A stretch of DNA of 64,000 nt, taken from assembly GCA_049325335.1 (NCBI GenBank), contig JBMOMC010000001.1:64001-128000 (forward strand), written 5' to 3'. This DNA is from Nitrospirota bacterium (GTDB lineage: Bacteria > Nitrospirota > Nitrospiria > 2-01-FULL-66-17). A program made the translations under genes and the position numbers. The notes beneath the pieces were generated by a model. The model was not told the origin of the DNA. It worked only from the letters and a program-made list of their open reading frames with translations, and did no database searches. This document shows positions 35,352 to 45,260 of this stretch, piece after piece (within the stretch, counting starts at the first letter, position 1; every line of letters starts with the position of its first letter).

Positions 35352-36269
35352 TCAATTCGACTGCAATACCATCACCGTGTCCGTCGGCGTCTTCCCGCCC
35401 GCATCCCGGCCGCCGATCAGATAGATCGTTTCACCTAACGTGACCGCGGTAGCCGCGGCGCGAGGCTCTGGCATTGGCGGCAGCATGGTCCACCTGCTCT
35501 CGCGCGTGTAGCGCGCGGCTTTGGGTTGGATGCCGTGGCCGTCGTTGCCCCCGAACGCGTGGATGGCGCCATCCACGACGAGCGCGGCCACGCCTGCGGT
35601 GGGCCATGGCAATGGGCCGACGTCTGATTTTTCCCAGGCGCCCTTTGCGGGGTTGTACGCTTCGATCACGTCGAAATTGCGAAACGCGTTGTCGCGAAAC
35701 GCGCCGCCGCCCATGGCGAGCAGCTTGCCCTCCCACGGGACCGCGGCGAGGGAGAAGCGCGGGGTGGGCATGGGGGAGAGTTCCAGCCAGCGACTTTGGA
35801 ACACGTCAAACACTTCGGCGAAGCTGAACGCGGGGTCGGTCAATGGCCCGCCCTGGGTGTCGGGTAAATGGCCGCCGACCAGGTAGATGCGGCCGCCCAT
35901 AACCGTTGCTGCAGGCGCGTCGTGGCGGCGGAGCAAGTCCGGACCTTTCGTCCATGAATCTTTTTCAGGATCATAGATCTCGACCACGGTGAGGAATTGA
36001 AACGTGCCGTCGGGCTTTTTGAAGCCCCCGCCCATCACGTAGATCTTGTTCTGGAATGGAACGGCCACGATGCCGGATCGCGCGGTGGGCATGGTGGCGA
36101 TCGGCGACCAGCGATCGGTCTTGGGGTCGTAGCATTCCGCGCTGTTGAGCGCGGCAAAGGCGTGCCCTCCCCCTCCGAACACGTAGATGCGATTCTGATG
36201 GACGGCCGCGGCGCAGTGCGACCGGACCGTGGACATGGGTCGCGCGAGCGTCCAGCCCGGATTATTCAT
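35352..36269 (-). CDS. Kelch-repeat beta-propeller protein
   Basis: Six repeats of IY..GG...YDP..D.W...MP.PR. Confidence 0.9.
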   Translation of the reverse strand: MNNPGWTLARPMSTVRSHCAAAVHQNRIYVFGGGGHAFAALNSAECYDPKTDRWSPIATMPTARSGIVAVPFQNKIYVMGGGFKKPDGTFQFLTVVEIYDPEKDSWTKGPDLLRRHDAPAATVMGGRIYLVGGHLPDTQGGPLTDPAFSFAEVFDVFQSRWLELSPMPTPRFSLAAVPWEGKLLAMGGGAFRDNAFRNFDVIEAYNPAKGAWEKSDVGPLPWPTAGVAALVVDGAIHAFGGNDGHGIQPKAARYTRESRWTMLPPMPEPRAAATAVTLGETIYLIGGRDAGGKTPTDTVMVLQSN

Positions 36270-36322
36270 GAACGTTCGTTGCGAAACCGCGCAAACGCCA
36301 GCGGAATGTGCGGGGCGCCGCG

Positions 36323-36451
36323 AGGAGCCTGTTCAGGGAAGGCTAGATGCAAGGCGGAGGGAGAGCCTTGCGCGCGGAGCGTACTGGGTCGTACGTGAGC
36401 ACGCAAGGCCGACCGACAACGCCGCAGATGGCCTTTCATGGACAGGCTCCT
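36323..36451 (+). mobile_element. MITE-like repeat, copy 3
   Basis: AGGAGCCTGT...ACAGGCTCCT with the shared core. Confidence 0.8.
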
Positions 36452-36466
36452 AGCCCGCGCGCGTGG

Positions 36467-38185
36467 TCATTGCGACGCGTTGGCCCAGGCGATGATAGCG
36501 CCGGCCGCGTCGTCGAGTTTAATCTTGCGGACGTTACCGGTTCGGCGCTCTTTGAATTCCACCTCGCCCTGGGCAAGCGATTTGTCGCCGAGCACCACGT
36601 GCAGCGAGATGCCGAGCAGGTCCGCGTCGTTGAACTTTACGCCGGGCCGCTCGGACCGATCGTCAATCAGCACTTCAATGCCGGCCTTGGCTAATTCGGC
36701 TCCGATGCGCGCCGTGGCTTCCACCACCGCGGGCTTGTCGCTCAGCGGAATAATGTGCGCGGCATAGGGCGAGAGCGGCGCGGGCCAGATGATGCCTTTG
36801 GCGTCGTGGTTCTGCTCCACGGCCGCGGCCATGATGCGGCTCACGCCGATGCCGTAACAGCCCATGATGATCGTCTGTTCCTTGCCGTCCTGATCCAGGA
36901 ACACGGCCTTCATCTTCTCCGTGTACTTGGTGCCGAGGCGGAACACGTGGCCCACTTCGATCCCTCGCGAGACGGTCAAATGGCCGTCGGCGCAGCGCGG
37001 GCACGGGTCGCCCGTGACCACGTTACGCAGGTCCGCGATTGTGTCGATTTGGAAATCCCGGAACGGCTCCACGTGCGACAGGTGGGTGCCAGCCTTGTTC
37101 GCGCCCACCACCGCGTCGCTCACCGCGGCCGCGGCATGGTCCGCGACGATCTTCACGTCCTTAAGTCCGACCGGCCCGGAAAAGCCCTTGGGCCCGCCCG
37201 TGACGCGCGAGATGGCGGCGTCAGACGCCAACGCCACGTGATCGACTTTCAAATACCGTTTGAGTTTGACCTCGTTGGCCTCGTGGTCCCCGCGAATCAG
37301 CACCGCCACCACATCGTCGCCCGCCTGATACAACATCGTCTTGATCAGGCGTGAGGCTGGCACGCCGAGACGCTCCGCCACCTCCGCCACCGTATGTTGG
37401 CGCGGCGTGCTGACTTCCTCGGCGGGCGGGACGTTGGACCGACTCCCCGACTCGGCCGCGGGCGCCTTGGCTTCCGCGCGTTCCACGTTCGCGCCGTAAC
37501 CGCAACGATCGCACGCCGCGATCGCGTCTTCCCCGGTCTCGGCCAACACCATGAACTCGTGAGAAAAGTTCCCGCCGATCAATCCCGCGTCCGCCTCCAC
37601 GGGCCGGAACGTCAGGCCGCAGCGCTCGAAGATCCGAGAGTACGTGTGGTACATGATTTCGTAACTCTTCTCGCTCCCAGCGTCGTCCCGATCAAAGCTG
37701 TACGCGTCCTTCATCAAAAATTCGCGGCCGCGCATCAAGCCGAACCGCGGACGGATCTCGTCGCGGAATTTCGATTGAATCTGATACAGCGTGACCGGCA
37801 ACTGACGGTAGGACTTGACCTCGCGGCGCACCAGGTCCGTCACCACCTCTTCATGCGTGGGGCCCAGGCAGAATTCGCGGTCGTGCCGGTCCTTGAGCCG
37901 CGCAAGCTCCTTGCCGTACTGGCCCCATCGCTCGGTCTCCTGCCACAACTCCGCGGGTTGGACGAACGGCATCAGGATCTCTTGCGCGCCGGCACGGTCC
38001 ATCTCCTCGCGCACGATGCGCTCCACGCGTTTGAGCACGCGATAGCCGAGCGGGAGAAAGTTGTAGATTCCGGCCGCGACTTTACGAATCATGCCCGCGC
38101 GAAACAGCAGCCGATGGCTGACGGTTTCGGCTTCGCCGGGATCTTCGCGGAGCGTGGGAATTAAGAGTTGGGAATATCTGGCCAC
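36467..38185 (-). CDS. proS: Proline--tRNA ligase
   Basis: PTLRE.P.EAE..SH.LL, LGPTHEE, FRDEIRPRFGLMR, MGCYGIGVSR; GTG start inferred. Confidence 0.96.
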   Translation of the reverse strand: MARYSQLLIPTLREDPGEAETVSHRLLFRAGMIRKVAAGIYNFLPLGYRVLKRVERIVREEMDRAGAQEILMPFVQPAELWQETERWGQYGKELARLKDRHDREFCLGPTHEEVVTDLVRREVKSYRQLPVTLYQIQSKFRDEIRPRFGLMRGREFLMKDAYSFDRDDAGSEKSYEIMYHTYSRIFERCGLTFRPVEADAGLIGGNFSHEFMVLAETGEDAIAACDRCGYGANVERAEAKAPAAESGSRSNVPPAEEVSTPRQHTVAEVAERLGVPASRLIKTMLYQAGDDVVAVLIRGDHEANEVKLKRYLKVDHVALASDAAISRVTGGPKGFSGPVGLKDVKIVADHAAAAVSDAVVGANKAGTHLSHVEPFRDFQIDTIADLRNVVTGDPCPRCADGHLTVSRGIEVGHVFRLGTKYTEKMKAVFLDQDGKEQTIIMGCYGIGVSRIMAAAVEQNHDAKGIIWPAPLSPYAAHIIPLSDKPAVVEATARIGAELAKAGIEVLIDDRSERPGVKFNDADLLGISLHVVLGDKSLAQGEVEFKERRTGNVRKIKLDDAAGAIIAWANASQ

Positions 38186-38202
38186 GAATGTGCTCTGTGG
38201 TC

Positions 38203-38230
38203 GTAGGGGCGTACGGCCGTACGCCCCTAC
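38203..38230. repeat. GTAG-type REP, perfect 28-bp palindrome
   Basis: gtaggggcgtacggccgtacgcccctac; supplies the TAG stop of ispG. Confidence 0.88.
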
Positions 38231-39336
38231 ACGTCGGTGACGAGGGGTAAGAGCGGCTCCGGGGTCACGCCCCGTTCCGCGAGCATGAGGTCGATTTCTT
38301 TCAGCAACACGTCCATCAACTCGGTCTCGGGGACTCTGCGCACGATCTCGCCGTGTTTGAACAGCAGGCCCACGCCGCGGCCGCCCGCAATACCGATGTC
38401 GGCTTCCTTGCCCTCGCCGATGCCGTTGACCACGCAACCGAGAATCGACACGGTCAGCGGCTCCTTGAGGTGCGCGAGGCGGCGTTCCACCTCGTTGGCC
38501 ATGCGGATCACGTCGATCTCCAACCGGCCGCACGTCGGGCACGCGACCACGTTCACGCCGCGGCGACGCAGATCCAATGCCTTGAGGACTTCAAAACCGG
38601 TCTTGACCTCCTCGACCGGATCAGCCGCCAGCGACACGCGGATGGTGTCGCCGATGCCTTCGGCCAAGAGGATGCCCAAGCCCACCGCGGATTTGATGCC
38701 GCCCGAGAATGCGGTGCCGGCCTCTGTGATCCCCAAGTGCAGCGGGTAGTCGCTGACCGCGGAAAACGCGCGGTACGCGGCGACGGCCAGGCCCACGTGT
38801 GAGGCTTTGAGCGAGACTTTGATGTCGTGAAAGTCCAGATCTTCCAGGATACGAATGTGGCTGAGCGCGGACTCCACCATGGCCTCTGGCGTGGGATAGC
38901 CGTACTTTTCGAGCAACTCGCGCTCCAGTGATCCCGCGTTCACGCCGATCCGAATCGGCGTCCCGCGCTCCTTGGCCGCCTTGACCACGCGCTCGACCTT
39001 GTCGCGATCCCCGATGTTGCCGGGGTTGATGCGCAGGCAATCCACGCCCGCGTCCAACGCGTTGAGCGCGAGTTTGTAGTCGAAATGCACGTCCGCGATC
39101 AACGGTAAGGTGGTCTGCCGGCGAATCTCCGGCAACGCCTCGGCCGCGGGCACGTCCGGCACCGCTACGCGCACGATCTCGCACCCCGCGCGCTCCAATT
39201 CCGCGATCTGCGCCACGGTCTTGTCGATCTGCGACGTGTCGGTGGTGGTCATGGATTGCACCGAAATCGGCGCATCGCCGCCGATGGCCACGTTGCCGAC
39301 TTTAATTTGTTTTGTGTGTCGTCTCGTAATATTCAT
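38227..39336 (-). CDS. ispG: HMBPP synthase
   Basis: [36 protein letters not shown]. Confidence 0.97.
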   Translation of the reverse strand: MNITRRHTKQIKVGNVAIGGDAPISVQSMTTTDTSQIDKTVAQIAELERAGCEIVRVAVPDVPAAEALPEIRRQTTLPLIADVHFDYKLALNALDAGVDCLRINPGNIGDRDKVERVVKAAKERGTPIRIGVNAGSLERELLEKYGYPTPEAMVESALSHIRILEDLDFHDIKVSLKASHVGLAVAAYRAFSAVSDYPLHLGITEAGTAFSGGIKSAVGLGILLAEGIGDTIRVSLAADPVEEVKTGFEVLKALDLRRRGVNVVACPTCGRLEIDVIRMANEVERRLAHLKEPLTVSILGCVVNGIGEGKEADIGIAGGRGVGLLFKHGEIVRRVPETELMDVLLKEIDLMLAERGVTPEPLLPLVTDV

Positions 39337-39348
39337 TGAACCTTCGCG

Positions 39349-40650
39349 CTACCCAATAATTCTCATGATGTCGTTGTACGAGACAACTAATGCCAGCGTG
39401 ATCAGAAGGACCATCCCTACCGTCTGCGCGATTTCCAGACCCCGGCGGCTCAACGGATGCCCGATCACGGCTTCAATCAAAAAGAACACCAGCCATCCGC
39501 CGTCCAACACCGGGATGGGCAGCAGGTTCATGATCCCCAGTTGCAAACTGATAAACGCCACCAGCCGCACCACGTCGGAGAATCCGGAGTCCGCGGCTTC
39601 GCCGGTGACCTGCGCAATCATGATCGGCCCGCCCAGGGCCTTGATCGACAAATTCCCGGTGAAGAGTTGCCCCAACACCTGGAACGTCAGGGTCGTCAGC
39701 TCCCACATCTTCTTGGTGCCCTGCACCACCGCGTCCGTGAACCCGTACGATCGGACCACGGTGGAATCCTTGCCCCCCACACCGATCACCCAGCGTTTGG
39801 ACGCATCGTCCATGGCGGGAATCACTTCCACGGTCGACTCCGCGCCGTCACGAAGGTATCGGATGGTCAACGCCGCGCCTTGGTTCGACTGAATGGCTTC
39901 GGACATCTGGAACCAATTCCGAATCGGCGCGTCGTTGAGCGCCACGATTTCATCCCCGGGCTTCAACCCGGCCATGGCCGCCGGCATGCCGGAGTTCACC
40001 GCGCCCACGACCGCCGGTTTTTCGGGAAGGAGGCCCAACCCCGCGCCGCCCTTCTCCAACTGCGCCGGAACCGTGATCGGCATGGTCAGAGTGCGCTCGC
40101 CCCGCCGCACAACGACTTCGACGGTGCGGTCGGGAATGGCGGCCAGTTGCGTCACCGCGCTCTCCCACGTGGCCACCTCGGTCCCGCCCACGGAGACCAA
40201 CCGATCCCCGGGTTCAAAACCCGCGCCCTTGGCGGACGAGTTCGCCTCGACCCACCCCACCACGGGCGGCTGCTCCAAAAACGCGGGCAACGTGGTGCCC
40301 AGCATGAACACCACCGGCATCAACACGAACGCGACGATAATGTTCATCGCCGGACCGGCCAACACGATCCGCGCGCGTTCCCCCAACGTCCGCGAGGAGA
40401 ACTCGTCGGGCGCCCGCGTGCCTTCCTGCGTGGGGTCGTCGCCCGCCATCTTGACGTAGCCGCCCAACGGGATCGCCGAGACCATGTATTCGGTGTCGCC
40501 GACCTGTTTACTAAACACCTTGGGGCCGAATCCCAGGGAAAAGCGCAACACGCGAACGCCCGTCCACCGGGCTACCATGAAGTGGCCCAGTTCGTGGACG
40601 AAAATCAGGAATCCCAATACGATCAAAAATACTATTACGGTATGAATCAT
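39349..40650 (-). CDS. rseP: Intramembrane metalloprotease RseP
   Basis: HELGH, two PDZ domains, NLLPIPVLDGG. Confidence 0.96.
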   Translation of the reverse strand: MIHTVIVFLIVLGFLIFVHELGHFMVARWTGVRVLRFSLGFGPKVFSKQVGDTEYMVSAIPLGGYVKMAGDDPTQEGTRAPDEFSSRTLGERARIVLAGPAMNIIVAFVLMPVVFMLGTTLPAFLEQPPVVGWVEANSSAKGAGFEPGDRLVSVGGTEVATWESAVTQLAAIPDRTVEVVVRRGERTLTMPITVPAQLEKGGAGLGLLPEKPAVVGAVNSGMPAAMAGLKPGDEIVALNDAPIRNWFQMSEAIQSNQGAALTIRYLRDGAESTVEVIPAMDDASKRWVIGVGGKDSTVVRSYGFTDAVVQGTKKMWELTTLTFQVLGQLFTGNLSIKALGGPIMIAQVTGEAADSGFSDVVRLVAFISLQLGIMNLLPIPVLDGGWLVFFLIEAVIGHPLSRRGLEIAQTVGMVLLITLALVVSYNDIMRIIG

Positions 40651-41858
40651 GCCCTCACCTCGCGAAGCCCCGGTCCACGCGGGAACGGCGCGGTCCCTGA
40701 TCGCTCGTCAAGAAAGCGTCGCGCCGCGCGACGCGCCGCCGCGTCGGCTCCCAATATATCATCCACCGTGGACGCCGTCCCCGCCTTGGTTTCATGTAAC
40801 ACACGCTCGATCGTCTCGGCAATGGCGAGAAACCCGACGCGGCCGTCGAGAAACGCCCCCACCGCTTCTTCGTTGGCCGCGTTGAGCGCGGCCGGCACGG
40901 TACCGCCGGCGCGCAGCGCGGCGTAGCCGTACTCCAAACACGGGAACCGGGACGTATCCGGCGCCTCAAACGTCAACGCCCCGCGCCCGACCACGTCCAG
41001 CGGCGCCATCGGCAACGGCAATCGACGGGGGTGACTCATTGCGTACGCGATGGGTCCGCGCATGTCCGCAACGCCCATTTGGGCGAGGACCGAGCCGTCG
41101 CAAAATTCCACCATGGAGTGCACCACGCTCTGGCGATGGATCACCACGTCGATCCGCTCCGTCGGAATCCCGAACAACCAGTGCGCTTCAATGACCTCCA
41201 ACCCCTTATTCATGAGCGTGGCCGAGTCAATCGTGATCTTCGGTCCCATGGACCAGTTGGGATGGCGCAACGCGTCTTCGCGGGTCACGCGCGCCAGGCG
41301 GTCACTCGGCGCGTCCCAAAACGGTCCGCCCGAGGCGGTGAGGATCAGCCGACGGACGTCCTGCCCGCGCTGCCCCGCCAACGCCTGGAAAATGGCGCTG
41401 TGTTCGCTGTCCACGGGCAGGATCACCGCGCCGCGGCGCGCGACCTCGGCGGTCACCAACGCCCCGGCCATCACCATGGTTTCCTTGTTGGCCAACGCCA
41501 CGGTTTTGCCCGCGCGAATCGCCGCGAGCGTGGGCAGCAGGCCCGCCGCGCCCACGATGGCGGACACCACCAGATCGCCGTCCGCGCCGCCCGCCACGTC
41601 GGCCGCCGCGTCCGGCCCGCCGATGATCTCCGTGGGCACGCCCGCGCACCGCTCGCGCAACCGCGCGGCCTCGATCGGAGACGCCACGGAGGCCAGTTTC
41701 GGCTTGACGGCTTTGATTTGGCGTTCAAAGGCGTCGCCGCCCCGACCCGCCGACAACGCCGCGACCTCGAATTCCTGCGGGAACGCCGCGGCCACGTCGA
41801 GCGCGGCGCGGCCGATCGATCCGGTGGCCCCGAGAATAATCAGGCGTTTGCGAGCCAT
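40647..41858 (-). CDS. dxr: 1-deoxy-D-xylulose-5-phosphate reductoisomerase
   Basis: LGATGSIG, LANKE, PVDSEHSA, HPNWSMG.KIT. Confidence 0.97.
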   Translation of the reverse strand: MARKRLIILGATGSIGRAALDVAAAFPQEFEVAALSAGRGGDAFERQIKAVKPKLASVASPIEAARLRERCAGVPTEIIGGPDAAADVAGGADGDLVVSAIVGAAGLLPTLAAIRAGKTVALANKETMVMAGALVTAEVARRGAVILPVDSEHSAIFQALAGQRGQDVRRLILTASGGPFWDAPSDRLARVTREDALRHPNWSMGPKITIDSATLMNKGLEVIEAHWLFGIPTERIDVVIHRQSVVHSMVEFCDGSVLAQMGVADMRGPIAYAMSHPRRLPLPMAPLDVVGRGALTFEAPDTSRFPCLEYGYAALRAGGTVPAALNAANEEAVGAFLDGRVGFLAIAETIERVLHETKAGTASTVDDILGADAAARRAARRFLDERSGTAPFPRGPGLREVRA

Positions 41859-41865
41859 CCGCTCC

Positions 41866-42711
41866 CTACGCCCCGTACCCCTTGACCCACGCCATGTAAT
41901 AGTAGATCAGCGGCGCGGTAAACAGCAGCCCGTCGATTTTGTCGAGCACGCCGCCGTGCGACGGAATCAAGCCGCCGGAATCCTTGACCCCGGCTCCCCG
42001 CTTGATCAGCGACTCGAACAAATCCCCCGCGATCCCCACCACCGCAGCCACGGCACCCAGCGCCGCGGCCTCTCCCCACGATAAGGCGTCCACGAACCAG
42101 GCGGCCGCGGTCAGCGCCGCGATCGTCCCGCCCGCCACGGCCGCCACCGCGCCTTCCACCGTTTTCTTGGGGCTGATCGAGGGGGCCAGCGCGGTGCGGC
42201 CCCAGGTGCGGCCCCCGTAGTAGGCCGCCGCGTCCGCGAGCCACGTCACCCACAAGGCAAAGGCCACCAACCACGGCCCCTGCGGAAACCGCCGGAGCAG
42301 TACAAGATGTTCCAACAACCACGCCACGTACCACACCCCAAACAAGGCGAACGCCGCGTCCGCGCCAGCCAGGCGAAGGTCGCGTCCCGCCGCCAGCGCC
42401 GCCGTCGCGATACCGAGCACCACGATCGTCACCGTCGCGGAGACTCCAGATCCCCACGCGGGCGACGTGGACACCGCCAGCACGAGCAACGCGCCGCCGA
42501 TGACGCCGGCGGCGAATACCGGAACCCGCCCGCCGGACCAGGTTCGGGCCGAACCGGTCGGCATCGCCATCCCGTACAATTCGAGTTGAGCGAGCGCGGT
42601 GACCGCTACAATGAGCATGACGAACAGCGACGGGGGCAGCCACACCACGGCCGCGTACAGGAGCGGGAGCGCCACCAACGCGGTGACGACCCGCCCCGCG
42701 TGTTCCTTCAC
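41866..42711 (-). CDS. cdsA: Phosphatidate cytidylyltransferase
   Basis: ISPKKTVEG, GDLFES.IKR..GVKDSG..IP.HGG.LD. Confidence 0.95.
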   Translation of the reverse strand: MKEHAGRVVTALVALPLLYAAVVWLPPSLFVMLIVAVTALAQLELYGMAMPTGSARTWSGGRVPVFAAGVIGGALLVLAVSTSPAWGSGVSATVTIVVLGIATAALAAGRDLRLAGADAAFALFGVWYVAWLLEHLVLLRRFPQGPWLVAFALWVTWLADAAAYYGGRTWGRTALAPSISPKKTVEGAVAAVAGGTIAALTAAAWFVDALSWGEAAALGAVAAVVGIAGDLFESLIKRGAGVKDSGGLIPSHGGVLDKIDGLLFTAPLIYYYMAWVKGYGA

Positions 42712-43499
42712 CCGGGGCTCCCCTGAAGTTGCTCCCCGGTTCGGCCGAAGCGGCGTTCGCGGCGTTGGTAATCCAAGAGCGCGGTCAGGAGATCCCGCCG
42801 GCGAAAGTCCGGCCACAAGGTCTTGGTAAAGTACAACTCCGCGTACGCGATTTGCCACAAGAGGAAATTGCTGATGCGGCATTCGCCGCTCGTGCGGATG
42901 ACCAGGTCGGGATCTTCAAGGTCCCGGGTATCCAGATACCGGGACACGACCTCCTCATCGATCCCGGAAGGGGCCAATGCGCCGCTTCGGGCATCCTCCG
43001 CCATGCGGCGCGCCGCGTCCACGATTTCGTTCCGGCCGCTGTAACTGAGCGCCAACGTGAGGGTCATTTCGCGCCCTCCGGTGGTGTCGCGTTCCACCCG
43101 GCGAATCCAATCCACCACGGTCGCGGGCAACCGCTCGATACGTCCGATGGTGCGAAATCGAATATCCTTCTCCAGCAGCGTGTTCAATTCCCGCTGCAAA
43201 TACAACTCCAACAGCATCATGAGTTCGCGCACTTCGAACTCCGGACGGCGCCAATTCTCCGTGGAGAACGCGTAAATGGTGAGCCCCGCGATCCCGAGTT
43301 CGCGGCACGCGGTCACGGTCTCCCGAACCGACTTGATCCCTTCTCGGTGACCCGCGACGCGCGGAAGGCTGCGCGCGGACGCCCAGCGCCCGTTCCCGTC
43401 CATAATAATGGCGACGTGACGGGGCAACGGGCCTCGCAACACTCGCGCCTGCAGTTCTTCGTCGGATTCGTGCCTGACCACGGAAATGGGCATCGTCAT
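42708..43499 (-). CDS. uppS: Undecaprenyl diphosphate synthase
   Basis: HVAIIMDGNGRWA, FSTENW.RP, RTSGE.RISNFLLWQ. Confidence 0.97.
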   Translation of the reverse strand: MTMPISVVRHESDEELQARVLRGPLPRHVAIIMDGNGRWASARSLPRVAGHREGIKSVRETVTACRELGIAGLTIYAFSTENWRRPEFEVRELMMLLELYLQRELNTLLEKDIRFRTIGRIERLPATVVDWIRRVERDTTGGREMTLTLALSYSGRNEIVDAARRMAEDARSGALAPSGIDEEVVSRYLDTRDLEDPDLVIRTSGECRISNFLLWQIAYAELYFTKTLWPDFRRRDLLTALLDYQRRERRFGRTGEQLQGSPG

Positions 43500-43523
43500 T
43501 AGGGGGTAATCATGAACGGCGGT

Positions 43524-43552
43524 AGTGTAACGTGCGCCAAAATCGAAGTCAA
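43524..43552 (-). promoter_or_regulatory. Candidate sigma70 promoter of the uppS operon
   Basis: TTGACT-17nt-TACACT. Confidence 0.55.
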
Positions 43553-43590
43553 ACTTCTACGGTGTGCTGGTCGGCGGCGGCACGCGCCGG

Positions 43591-43618
43591 TTGACAGGCG
43601 TTCCCACGGCGCTATACT
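43591..43618 (+). promoter_or_regulatory. Candidate sigma70 promoter for the small ORF
   Basis: TTGACA-16nt-TATACT. Confidence 0.5.
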
Positions 43619-43647
43619 CTCGCGCACCATTTCGCCGCGGATCACCC

Positions 43648-43761
43648 ATGAAACGCACTGAAGTCGTTCGCCAAAGCTCTCCCGCCAACGTGGAACGCGG
43701 GTTAGGGTTCGTCATCCTCGCGCTCAGCCTCGTCGGCCTGCTGATCAACTTCCTGCAATAA
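43648..43761 (+). CDS. 37-aa single-pass membrane microprotein
   Basis: MKRTEVVRQSSPANVERGLGFVILALSLVGLLINFLQ; near-consensus promoter upstream. Confidence 0.5.
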   Translation: MKRTEVVRQSSPANVERGLGFVILALSLVGLLINFLQ

Positions 43762-43842
43762 GGCGCTCGCGCGGGCACCGCACGCCGGTTGCACGGGCGG
43801 ACCCGACACGGTAGAATGCCGGTCCGGTTTGGACCCGTTGCG

Positions 43843-44781
43843 ATGCGACGCCGACTCCTCATTGTTGTGTGCGCCCTGACCGCCGCGTTGTTGACCGCGT
43901 GTATTACGGTCAATATGCGGCCCGCCACCGAACCGTTTCAGGAAACTCGAATCAGCGGCGAAGGCCGGGATAAGCTGCTGCTCATCGACATCGCGGGGTT
44001 TCTCTCGGGCGAACCGCGCGGCAACCGAGTGCTCGGGGAGGGCCAACCCAGCCTGGTATCCGATGTCGCGGAAATCGTCCGCAAGGCCGAACGCGACCCG
44101 CGGATCAAGGGGGTGATTCTTCGCATCAACAGTCCCGGCGGCACGGTCACCGCGTCCGACACGATGTACCACGATCTGCTCCGCTACAAACAACGCGCGA
44201 AGCTGCCGATGGCGGCTCACATGCTCGATCTCGGCACCTCCGGGGCCTATTACATCGCGCAGGCCGCGGATCGGATCACGGCGCAACCTACCACCGTGAC
44301 CGGCAGCATCGGCGTGATCATGGTGCGACCGTCCGTGTCCGGGCTGCTCGGCAAGATCGGGGTGCAGACCGAGGAAATTACCTCCGGGCCGCATAAGGCC
44401 ATGGGCTCGCCGTTTCGTCCGCTCGACGCCGAGGACCGCGCGTTGTTTCAGGGCGTGATCGACGACCTCTACGGACGCTTCGTGGACGCGGTCGCGGCCG
44501 GACGTCCCCAACTCGCGCGTGAGCGCATCGCGGCCCTAGCCGACGGCCGCATCTACACGGCGGAGCAGGCCCGAGCCGCGGGGCTGGTAGACGGCATCGG
44601 CTACCTCAGCGACGCGATCGATGCGTTGCGGAACGCGGCCGGCCTCGCGTCCGCGACGGTCGTCACGTACACCAGACCCGGCCAGTACAAGGGCAGCATC
44701 TACACCGCGCCGGTGGTCAACGTCGACCTCGATCTGTGGCCGACCAACGAACCCGGATTTCTCTATCTGTGGAGGCCCTAA
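43843..44781 (+). CDS. sppA: Signal peptide peptidase SppA (S49)
   Basis: LTAC lipobox, INSPGG, SGAYYIA, TGSIGV. Confidence 0.93.
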   Translation: MRRRLLIVVCALTAALLTACITVNMRPATEPFQETRISGEGRDKLLLIDIAGFLSGEPRGNRVLGEGQPSLVSDVAEIVRKAERDPRIKGVILRINSPGGTVTASDTMYHDLLRYKQRAKLPMAAHMLDLGTSGAYYIAQAADRITAQPTTVTGSIGVIMVRPSVSGLLGKIGVQTEEITSGPHKAMGSPFRPLDAEDRALFQGVIDDLYGRFVDAVAAGRPQLARERIAALADGRIYTAEQARAAGLVDGIGYLSDAIDALRNAAGLASATVVTYTRPGQYKGSIYTAPVVNVDLDLWPTNEPGFLYLWRP

Positions 44782-45260
44782 TGGACCAACATGACGTACC
44801 GACAACCACTCCGCCCTCCACCCCTCTGGAAAAACCGCGGGGCCCCGCGCGAAAACGCGTGTGGATCTTGGCGGGCGCGGTCGTGGCGGTGGCCGCGGCC
44901 ATTTGGGCCTACTCCACGTTCTCGCGACCGTCCTTGGTCGGCGCGTGGTCGAATCGGGCGCCGCAAAACACCGTGGCCTTTCTCTTCAAGGAAGACGGCT
45001 CCGGCGCCATGTCCATCGGCGACGCGCAGTTGCCGTACCAGTATCGATTCGACCGCACCCATAATCCCGCGTGGCTCGATCTTGAGGCACGTCCCAACGG
45101 AAGACCCGTCACGATCCGCGCCATCGCGAAGTTCGCGCGGGGGGGCAAGCTCATCATCCGCATGCCGCACACCCGCTCACCGGGCGACCGGCCGGCCGAG
45201 TTCATCCCCGACGACGTAGAAAACACGATCTTGTTGACCCGCGTCGAGTCCGACTCATGA
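44781..45260 (+). CDS. Hypothetical membrane-anchored protein
   Basis: One TM segment then LVGAW; translationally coupled on both sides. Confidence 0.65.
   Translation: MDQHDVPTTTPPSTPLEKPRGPARKRVWILAGAVVAVAAAIWAYSTFSRPSLVGAWSNRAPQNTVAFLFKEDGSGAMSIGDAQLPYQYRFDRTHNPAWLDLEARPNGRPVTIRAIAKFARGGKLIIRMPHTRSPGDRPAEFIPDDVENTILLTRVESDS

Noticed and set aside
36467..43499. uppS-cdsA-dxr-rseP-ispG-proS cluster
   Set aside because: Widely conserved housekeeping gene order; nothing unusual beyond the REP.
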